Assembly (NCBI GenBank): GCA_964562785.1
Contig: CAZLUY010000691.1
Coordinates: 1 to 36,746, forward strand
Direction: 5' to 3'
DNA: 36,746 bases
Origin: an uncultured Limnohabitans sp.
Lineage (GTDB): Bacteria; Bacteroidota; Bacteroidia; Cytophagales; Cyclobacteriaceae
Of the stretch, positions 8,439-15,845 are shown piece by piece. Every line of letters starts with the position of its first letter. The stretch's first letter is position 1. The translations under genes were made by a program, and so were the position numbers. The notes under the pieces are model-generated. The model saw only the letters and a list, made by a program, of their open reading frames with translations. It searched no databases and was not told the DNA's origin.

Positions 8439-10376
8439 ATGAAAAGAATTTTAAAAAGGATTTCTCTCTCAATATTCTTCATCATCCTGGCTATTGGGCT
8501 TTTCTTGGGCATCCAAAAAATGTATGAAAGCTATAGGCAATCCAATTTGAGTCAAAGTGAGAAATTTGAAGAGGATCTTGCAAGGCTGGATTATATCATG
8601 AAAAATGAATTCTCTGGTTACGGGGTTCTTTCAGGCAGTCTTGCATTTGACAGTATCATGTCCAGCTTGAAGAAACAGATAAAAGAAGAGTCCATTAAAA
8701 CTCCAACAGAGTTCAACCTAGCCATAATAAAAGCAGTAGCTGCGTTCAAAGATCCGCACACATCGGTCTACAATAGAAATACTGCACTAGCCGATCGATT
8801 TCCGTATTATCTAGATTGGTCAAATGGCAATTTTTACTTGCAGTCAGGAACTGTTGAGAAAAAATGGTTAGGAGCGAAAGTTATCAAAATTGGGAACTTC
8901 AACAGCCAGGAGGTATTTCAAAGACTCAGCAAATACACGAATTCACCAAATGAGGCTGGCACGGCTTTTTTTATGCGCCCATTTCTTTATTCACCGGATG
9001 CATTGCTTAAAGAAGGGATTATAGACGGTCCCGGGCAAGTGAGTTTGGAAGTAGAGCTCAACAATGAACGGGCGGTACTTAGCTTTGACAAAATCAAGAA
9101 CACATCATTTGGGTCACTCACTGATTATCATCGTCTTTCGGAAAAATTTCCAAGTGAAGATCTCCCGCTATTCATGTCAAATACGGATAAAAACTATTGG
9201 TATGAATATCTTGAAGATAGGAACGCATTCTATTTGAGATACAGTTTATGCGTTGCACAGGGTGATATTGAAGCATTCTGGGATGAAGTATTTGAAAAGC
9301 TAGAAGAACTCCATCCAGACAAGTTTATTATAGATGTGAGAGGCAATCCTGGAGGGGACACTCAAAATCACAGTTCATTTATTAATCGAATAAGTCAACA
9401 TGAATTTCTTAACATCCATGGTAAGCTCTTCACGCTAATAGACCGAGGAACAGGTTCTGCTGGTGTTTCTTTTGCCACTGACATGGAGAAAATGACACAA
9501 GCAATATTAGTAGGCGAAAAGACCATGGATAAACCAAATACCACTTCGGATCCAACATTTTTTACTCTCCCGCATTCAGGTCTTACCATCCTCGTCCCGA
9601 GTTTATACTCTCTTCACTCCTTTGCGAATGACCCAAGAGATGCCGTTTCTCCTCATTTACCTATTAGCCAAAAAATAAGCTCGAATACCTACTTGACTGA
9701 TGAAGTCATGGACTCTGTGCTGAATTTAACATTTGAAGGTTCAACAAAGAGCTTCGCCTTCTTTCCCTCAAAGGCCTCTGGCCAATACCGATTATCTCCG
9801 ATTAGAAATGCCTCACTTTATTTAAAAGATTCTATTTGGTATTTCACTATCGATGGGCTCAAAGAAGACGCCATTTACCAGGATGATTCTACCGTGGTTA
9901 CCTCAGGTCGAAATATCTCTTTCCATGGTTTTGATAGCCTAAGCCAGACTCTTCGATTAACGTTTTATGGCCAGGAAATCGAACTTCCAAAAATAGATGC
10001 TGGGGAAATTAGTTTGGAGAGGTCGATACTTGAAAGGAAGTTTGAGGTAACCGAGACTTTACTTGTGGATATGCAAAAACAAAGTGATTTACCATATTTC
10101 CTTGATCGTCCTTACTTCCAACAGCGAGTTTATCGGTTGTATAATGAATCGGGTTTTGAGGATGCATTCTCCTTGAACCAGATTGCTAAAAACCTTTATA
10201 AGGATGACCCTGTAACGAGAATTATTGATTTCGAACTATTCCAATATGAGGATAATTCAATGGGACAATTCAAAGCTATTTTCCCGGTTGTCGGCAAACT
10301 CCTAAAACGTTACTATACAGTACTTACCACAGAAAAAATAATGAATGATGATTTTAATGCCTTTATAGGGAAATAA
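8439..10376 (+). CDS. S41-like peptidase family protein with N-terminal membrane anchor
   Basis: FKDPHT, IIDVRGNPGG, LIDRGTGSA and LVGEKT motifs. Confidence 0.75.
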   Translation: MKRILKRISLSIFFIILAIGLFLGIQKMYESYRQSNLSQSEKFEEDLARLDYIMKNEFSGYGVLSGSLAFDSIMSSLKKQIKEESIKTPTEFNLAIIKAVAAFKDPHTSVYNRNTALADRFPYYLDWSNGNFYLQSGTVEKKWLGAKVIKIGNFNSQEVFQRLSKYTNSPNEAGTAFFMRPFLYSPDALLKEGIIDGPGQVSLEVELNNERAVLSFDKIKNTSFGSLTDYHRLSEKFPSEDLPLFMSNTDKNYWYEYLEDRNAFYLRYSLCVAQGDIEAFWDEVFEKLEELHPDKFIIDVRGNPGGDTQNHSSFINRISQHEFLNIHGKLFTLIDRGTGSAGVSFATDMEKMTQAILVGEKTMDKPNTTSDPTFFTLPHSGLTILVPSLYSLHSFANDPRDAVSPHLPISQKISSNTYLTDEVMDSVLNLTFEGSTKSFAFFPSKASGQYRLSPIRNASLYLKDSIWYFTIDGLKEDAIYQDDSTVVTSGRNISFHGFDSLSQTLRLTFYGQEIELPKIDAGEISLERSILERKFEVTETLLVDMQKQSDLPYFLDRPYFQQRVYRLYNESGFEDAFSLNQIAKNLYKDDPVTRIIDFELFQYEDNSMGQFKAIFPVVGKLLKRYYTVLTTEKIMNDDFNAFIGK

Positions 10377-10418
10377 CTAATCAATCATATTCCCCTATAG
10401 ATGTAAACTAAAACGAAT

Positions 10419-11396
10419 ATGAACACCAATTTTTATGTGATCTTGATGCTCCTTCTTTTTACTGTAGGCTGCAAAAACGAGTCAAAAAAGATTCCAGACG
10501 TCACCAACTCAGAAACTACCGAAGTAGAAAGTATCCTAGGTAATTATGTTTCTGAAGATTATTCTCAAAGAAATGAAGGCTATGATTGGGTGGCTGTCCA
10601 GGTAAGAGAAAAGGAAAATAATCAAATACATATCTCTATCCGTTCCCGAGCAGACAGGAAAAACCCTACATGCACCTTTGATGCAGTTGCCAAAAAATTA
10701 AACAACAACACTTACACAAGCCAAATAGATGTAGTATCGATTCTTTTTGAATTTTCCAATTCACAAATCAGCATAAGTACGGAAGAATTAAACCAAGAAA
10801 GCATTCTAAATTTTTATTGCTCAGGGGGAGCAAGTATTGTAGGATCATATAAAAAATTGGATGGAGTACTGGATCAAAATCAAATCGATAAAACAACGTT
10901 CAGCAAAGCCCTTAACCTGCAAGGCATAGGGTTTAATGTTTCTTCAATAGAAGAAGATGGCAAAAACACGCTTAGCATTTTTACATACGGTTTAACCGCT
11001 CGGGAATACAACGAAACATTCAACATTGTGGGGGAAGAAATAGTCAATGCAGAAGTTGAAGATTTAAATTCTGATGGCTCCCCAGAGCTTTTTGTTTATA
11101 CCCGCTCGGTTGGAAGCGGTAGTTACGGGAATGTGTATGCATTTTCTGTCAATAATAAGAAATCAATGAGCACGGTTTATTTTCAACCAACCGCAGAAAA
11201 CAGCAAGATAAATCAGGGATACATGGGACACGATGAATTCTCACTTATTGAGAATAGATTAGCCCAGCGCTTTCCAATCTATAAACCGAGTGATACCAAT
11301 GCTAACCCAACAGGTGGAACAAGACAAATCTCCTATAGACTAGTTGAAGGGGAAGGCACGAGAAAACTGGTAGTTGACAATATCTCAGAATATTAA
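10419..11396 (+). CDS. Lipoprotein with C-terminal PliI-like lysozyme inhibitor domain
   Basis: TVGC lipobox; AEVEDLNSDGSPELFVY..S.GSGSYG, GYMGHDEF and RFPIY...D.NANPTGG motifs. Confidence 0.8.
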   Translation: MNTNFYVILMLLLFTVGCKNESKKIPDVTNSETTEVESILGNYVSEDYSQRNEGYDWVAVQVREKENNQIHISIRSRADRKNPTCTFDAVAKKLNNNTYTSQIDVVSILFEFSNSQISISTEELNQESILNFYCSGGASIVGSYKKLDGVLDQNQIDKTTFSKALNLQGIGFNVSSIEEDGKNTLSIFTYGLTAREYNETFNIVGEEIVNAEVEDLNSDGSPELFVYTRSVGSGSYGNVYAFSVNNKKSMSTVYFQPTAENSKINQGYMGHDEFSLIENRLAQRFPIYKPSDTNANPTGGTRQISYRLVEGEGTRKLVVDNISEY

Positions 11397-11478
11397 AAGA
11401 TATAGTCAATAAGCGATGGAATGACTTACTAATGGAATTCCCAGTCAAATCCATTAACTTAATGGAAAGCAGATACTT

Positions 11479-12930
11479 ATGGGTAAAAAAAGATGGCTAT
11501 CATTTCAGAAATTGACCAGTAGGTTTCAGCCTAAAAAGAAACCAGTTGTCCAACAAAGCACCAAACATACGACCACCTATACAACTCCCGGAGTTTATGT
11601 AGAAGAGATCAGTGGCTTCCCTCCGAGCATAGCTCAGGTTGAAACTGCAATTCCGGCATTTATTGGATACACCAAAAAAGCTACGGGCAAGTCCGGAGAG
11701 AACCTACATTTAAAACCCCAGAGGATTTCCTCCATGCTTGATTATGAGGCTTTCTTCGGGGAATCTCCAAAAGAAAAGGGAATCAACGTCGATGCTTCTG
11801 ATCCAAATAATCCCCTGGTAGATTTTCACTCACCCTCTAATTATCTGATGCATTATGCGCTTCAGGCCTTTTTTTCCAATGGTGGCGGCAGCTGTTATAT
11901 CGTGTCAGTTGGTCCCTTTGGAAATGGAATAATCAACTATCAGGACCTTGAAGATGGACTCTTAAAGAGTTTGACTGTAGATGAAATCACACTTATATCA
12001 ATTCCCGAATCCATCAAGCTAGAGAGCTCTCAAAAGTATGCTGACCTTATAAATCGAAGCCTTTTAGAATGCAGTAGAGCCAAGGACAGGTTTGCGATTT
12101 GTGATGTGTATTCTAGTGGATCAGACGTGGATCAGGCTATTCAGAATTTTAGAAACAAGCTAAGCATAGGAAATCCACTGAAATATGGGGCGGCCTATTA
12201 CCCATACCTGGAAATGAGCCTAAACAAGCAATCTGATGCCGATGAAATAATGGTCAGTACAGGAACTGAAGAGGTCACTTTAGCATCAGTGGAGACAGAA
12301 AACCTGTTCCTATTCAATAGGATTAAATCCGCCTTCGATGCTCTACCAATCGTCATGCCTCCCTCCCCTGCCATCGCAGGTCAGTATGCCATGATGGATA
12401 TCAATAGAGGAGTATGGAAAGCTCCTGCCAACGTAACTCTTAATCAAGTAATTCGACCAAGTATAAACCTTACCAATTCACAGCAGGAAAATATGAATGT
12501 AGACGTAACTGCCGGAAAGTCGGTTAATGCTATCCGTTCCTTTGTTGGTCAGGGAACTCTGATCTGGGGTGCCAGAACCCTGGATGGTAATAGTAATGAA
12601 TGGCGCTATATCCCAGTCGTCAGAATGTTTATGATGGTTGAAGAATCTGTGAAAAAAGCTACTGAGCAATTTGTCTTCGAACCCAATGATGCCAACACAT
12701 GGATTAAGGTGAAGGGGATGATTGAGAATTTTTTGACTCAGATTTGGCGGGATGGAGGACTTGCAGGAGCTAAACCCGGTGATGCGTTTCATGTGAATGT
12801 TGGTCTTGGGACCACTATGACAGCAAGCGATATTCTCGAAGGAAGAATGATTGTGGAGATTGGAATGGCCGTAGCAAGGCCTGCTGAGTTTATTATCTTC
12901 AGGATCATTCAGTTCCAGAGGGAATCGTAA
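11479..12930 (+). CDS. Contractile phage-tail / eCIS-type sheath protein (orphan in this window)
   Basis: YTTPGVYVEEI, TAIPAFIGYT, GVWKAPAN, WGARTLDGNSNEWRY, VFEPND and RPAEFI motifs. Confidence 0.93.
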   Translation: MGKKRWLSFQKLTSRFQPKKKPVVQQSTKHTTTYTTPGVYVEEISGFPPSIAQVETAIPAFIGYTKKATGKSGENLHLKPQRISSMLDYEAFFGESPKEKGINVDASDPNNPLVDFHSPSNYLMHYALQAFFSNGGGSCYIVSVGPFGNGIINYQDLEDGLLKSLTVDEITLISIPESIKLESSQKYADLINRSLLECSRAKDRFAICDVYSSGSDVDQAIQNFRNKLSIGNPLKYGAAYYPYLEMSLNKQSDADEIMVSTGTEEVTLASVETENLFLFNRIKSAFDALPIVMPPSPAIAGQYAMMDINRGVWKAPANVTLNQVIRPSINLTNSQQENMNVDVTAGKSVNAIRSFVGQGTLIWGARTLDGNSNEWRYIPVVRMFMMVEESVKKATEQFVFEPNDANTWIKVKGMIENFLTQIWRDGGLAGAKPGDAFHVNVGLGTTMTASDILEGRMIVEIGMAVARPAEFIIFRIIQFQRES

Positions 12931-12959
12931 AATCGCTTGGGATTAAACCCCAAACTATT
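12931..12959. repeat. Palindromic REP-like repeat, copy R5 (degenerate)
   Basis: AATCGCTTGGGATTAAACCCCAAACTATT, starting immediately after the sheath stop codon. Confidence 0.7.
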
Positions 12960-12980
12960 GAAAGAACTAAAGTCTTAAGC

Positions 12981-13097
12981 TCAAGCAAATTTATAACTCA
13001 ACATCTTATAGTAAAGCTTAGCTGCTAGAAAGTCACTTGACTTATCCACTTCATTTGGACATAGCTCCACAATATCGAAACCGACCACATTTCGATT
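12981..13097 (-). pseudogene. speB: Diverged duplicate of the speB 3' end
   Basis: Minus strand reads NRNVVGFDIVELCPNEVDKSSDFLAAKLYYKMLSYKFA*, versus intact SpeB HKDVVGFDIVELCPNEVDKSSDFLAAKLYYKMLSYKFG*. Confidence 0.95.
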
Positions 13098-13184
13098 TTA
13101 GTAAAAGGTGATATGGATTTCAAAGCCAGAGGGAAAGTTCATGCCAAGGGTAAAGGGGAATTGGAGATGTATTTTGTGAAGTGA
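13098..13184 (+). pseudogene. 3' fragment of a class III adenylate/guanylate cyclase gene
   Basis: LVKGDMDFKARGKVHAKGKGELEMYFVK* matches the cyclase C-terminal RG.I.VKGKG.M.TY motif. Confidence 0.75.
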
Positions 13185-13272
13185 GTGCCCAAAAGGCAGT
13201 ACAAAAAATCTTCTTTATAATCCCTAGCATAAATTTTGAAGCATCAATCAATCTATAAGCCTCAATTACTAC

Positions 13273-14487
13273 TTGCAAGCCAATAGCTCATTACTTCTAA
13301 TTTTTATTCTTTTTACAATAGCCTCATGTCAGAGGTTTGAAAAGGAAAGCAATCTGCTCAAGCCCAAATCCATTGGCCCTCAGAATGGCACACTTTTGAT
13401 TGGCGGTGGAGGAAGAAATAACGGCATGTCTGACGAAATGTGGAAAGTATTTTATGATTTGGCGGGAGGACACTCGGCTCACCTTATAGTAATCCCCACT
13501 GCCTTCGATGACGGATCCATTGATTACGACCCAGAATTCAAAATTCTTGACAGGAAATTTAAAGCCATAGGCTTTAGCAACATCCAATATTTGCATACCA
13601 GAGACCCTTTATTAGCAAACAGTGACGAATTTGTAGAGCCATTAAAAAATGCCACAGCAGTTTGGTTTACAGGCGGGAGACAGTGGAGGTTGGCGGACAC
13701 CTACCTTAACACCAAAACTCATGAAGAATTATTGAAAGTTTTAGATCGTGGAGGAATAATTGGTGGTGCTTCGGCAGGTGCTTCTATTCAAGGCTCTTAT
13801 TTAGCTAGAGGTGGAAGGGATTCCAATGGCAACTACAAACTAATTGGTGAACCTGATGTCGGATTGGGCTTCGTGACGAACACTGTATTTGATCAGCACT
13901 ACCTGGAGAGAAATCGGCAGTTTGATATGTTTGAATTGTTGGAGAAAAGGCCCGAGCTACTAGGAATAGGAATAGACCAAAACACCGCTATAATAGTTCG
14001 CGGTAATGAATTTGAAGTAATTGGAGAACGGTATGTGGCTATCTATGATGGAACATTTTGGTCAGATTATTTTAATGAGATTGACACTACTGAATCCGCA
14101 AATCGTAAATTCTATTTTTTGGAAAATGGGGATAAGTATAACCTTAAAGAAAGAAGGGTTCAGCGCAACCGATTTCTAAACCCAAAGCCCATTTCCGCAG
14201 AGAGTCAAAGTGAATATCTAGGCGAGTATTTATTTGAGAAAAGTAAGGTGTTCTGGAATAATATTATCCTTGAAAATGACACTCTGAAATTTCAGGTTGT
14301 GCGCCGAATGAATGTCAACGACCCTATCCCAATTCATCCTTATGGCAAGGACTTATTCTTCGACATTGACGATGAATTGTGGTTCCATTTTCAGCGAGAT
14401 AGCTCAGGAAAGATCAGTGGTTTTGAAAAGAAAGAGCACCAGTTCATTGATGGTTTGAATCAAAGGTTCAATAGGGTTGATAATTAA
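13273..14487 (+). CDS. Cyanophycinase-like peptidase S51 lipoprotein with C-terminal beta-rich extension
   Basis: LLIGGG, IPTA, FTGGRQWRL, GASAGAS nucleophile, DQHY..RNR and GIGIDQNT motifs; TTG start; IASC lipobox. Confidence 0.85.
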   Translation: MQANSSLLLIFILFTIASCQRFEKESNLLKPKSIGPQNGTLLIGGGGRNNGMSDEMWKVFYDLAGGHSAHLIVIPTAFDDGSIDYDPEFKILDRKFKAIGFSNIQYLHTRDPLLANSDEFVEPLKNATAVWFTGGRQWRLADTYLNTKTHEELLKVLDRGGIIGGASAGASIQGSYLARGGRDSNGNYKLIGEPDVGLGFVTNTVFDQHYLERNRQFDMFELLEKRPELLGIGIDQNTAIIVRGNEFEVIGERYVAIYDGTFWSDYFNEIDTTESANRKFYFLENGDKYNLKERRVQRNRFLNPKPISAESQSEYLGEYLFEKSKVFWNNIILENDTLKFQVVRRMNVNDPIPIHPYGKDLFFDIDDELWFHFQRDSSGKISGFEKKEHQFIDGLNQRFNRVDN

Positions 14488-14498
14488 TAATATTTTCG

Positions 14499-14921
14499 GC
14501 TTGAGTGAGTGCCCTTACTCACTCTAATTATCAAAAAGCCACTGAGGTATTGACTTGTATTCTGTGAGTTAAGACACTCACAGGGGCATCGTTTTTAAGA
14601 GAATTAAATATGGCCTGAGTGAGTGTCCCCACTCACTCTTATTAACCTTTTGTTTCCTCTCCTCATTCAATTGGATTCTGTGAATAAGGACCGTCACAGG
14701 GGCATGGAGTCTCTATAATTCAGCAAAATGAGATTGCTTTGTCGTTCCTCCTCGCAATGACGTCACTGCGAGCAGGGCTGCCAAAAGCAGACCAAGCGTG
14801 GCAGTCTCAATAATAACTAAGTATCCTTTGTGCCCGAGTGAGTGTCTCCACTCACTCAAAATATCAATAATCCAGAGTGGTTTACAACGTCAAATCTGTG
14901 AGTAAGGCTACTCACAGGGTC
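14499..14921. repeat. Three REPIN-like doublets of inverted 26-27 bp hairpin repeats
   Basis: Type A GCYYGAGTGAGTGYCYYYACTCACTC at 14499, 14613 and 14832. Inverted type B TCTGTGAGTAAGGACACTCACAGGGGC-like at 14561, 14677 and 14895. Confidence 0.9.
14730..14808. repeat. Palindromic element of the GTCATTGCGAG...GCAATCTC type, two halves back-to-back
   Basis: GAGATTGCTTTGTCGTTCCTCCTCGCAATGAC|GTCACTGCGAG...CGTGGCAGTCTC; outer and inner arms are complementary. Confidence 0.75.
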
Positions 14922-14945
14922 GCAAGATTTAGGAACAGAGATCAA

Positions 14946-14975
14946 AATAGCCTGAGGTTTAAACACCAGGCTGTT
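14946..14975. repeat. Palindromic REP-like repeat, copy R6
   Basis: AATAGCCTGAGGTTTAAACACCAGGCTGTT, 21 bp downstream of the speB stop codon. Confidence 0.85.
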
Positions 14976-14996
14976 GAAAGAAATACCATGTTAAGT

Positions 14997-15845
14997 TCAA
15001 CCGAACTTATAACTCAGCATCTTGTAGTAAAGCTTGGCAGCTAAAAAGTCACTGGACTTATCCACTTCATTCGGGCATAGCTCAACTATATCAAAACCAA
15101 CCACATCTTTATGATCGAAAATGAGCTTTAGAAACTCCAGAGTTTCATACCATCGAAGCCCTCCAGGTTCAGGAGTACCAGTTGAAGGTAAAATCGATGG
15201 ATCAAAAGCATCTAAATCAATCGTGATAAACACCTTCTCTCCCATCTGATCAAGAGCCGAATTCATCCAATCCTTTTGCCCATGAATATCATGTGCAAAA
15301 TAGGTCTTCTCTTCATTCATATGCTCAAGCTCAGAAATATCCATTGAGCGGATCCCAACTTGGATCAGATTGGTATTTTTACTCGCCTCATAGACGGCAC
15401 AAGCATGGTTACAAGTACTTCCCTCATAGCTTGGCCTGAGATCAGCATGAGCATCAATTTGAACAACGGTTAGATTATCAAATGAATCATTGAAAGCCCG
15501 AATACTACCGATGGAAATACTGTGTTCTCCTCCAAATAAGGTTACAAATTTGCCCTGTTTGATATATTCCAAGGTAGTCTTATGAACTGCATCAACCATG
15601 GCCTCAGGACTAGAATTCTCAGTCACCGCTTGTGCTAGAAATACGCCTTTGTGGTAGACTTCAGTTCTCGTTTCTATATCAAAAAGTTCCATGTTTTCAG
15701 AAGCCGCAAGAAATGCTTCTGGTCCTTTATCCGCACCCTTTTGCCAAGTGCTTGTACCATCGTAAGGAACAGGGATCAAAACTACTTTTGCATCCATCAG
15801 CTGTCCATACTCCGATGGGATTCCTGCATACGTTTTATTTTCCAT
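14997..15845 (-). CDS. speB: Agmatinase
   Basis: GGEHS, DAHAD, DLDAFDPS and GTPEPGG ureohydrolase motifs; overlaps the speA stop codon. Confidence 0.95.
   Translation of the reverse strand: MENKTYAGIPSEYGQLMDAKVVLIPVPYDGTSTWQKGADKGPEAFLAASENMELFDIETRTEVYHKGVFLAQAVTENSSPEAMVDAVHKTTLEYIKQGKFVTLFGGEHSISIGSIRAFNDSFDNLTVVQIDAHADLRPSYEGSTCNHACAVYEASKNTNLIQVGIRSMDISELEHMNEEKTYFAHDIHGQKDWMNSALDQMGEKVFITIDLDAFDPSILPSTGTPEPGGLRWYETLEFLKLIFDHKDVVGFDIVELCPNEVDKSSDFLAAKLYYKMLSYKFG

Noticed and set aside
11479-12930. Prophage or complete eCIS/T6SS locus
   Set aside because: No capsid, terminase, tube, baseplate, spike or integrase genes in the window.
14499-14921. CRISPR array (26-27 nt repeats, 36-38 nt spacers)
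   Set aside because: Repeats alternate in orientation and type, inter-unit gaps are irregular (25 and 128 nt), and no cas genes are present; a REPIN-like structure fits better.
718-14996. Canonical integron cassette array
   Set aside because: No IntI gene; the recurring palindrome lacks RYYYAAC/GTTRRRY ends; several units are multi-gene with their own promoters.
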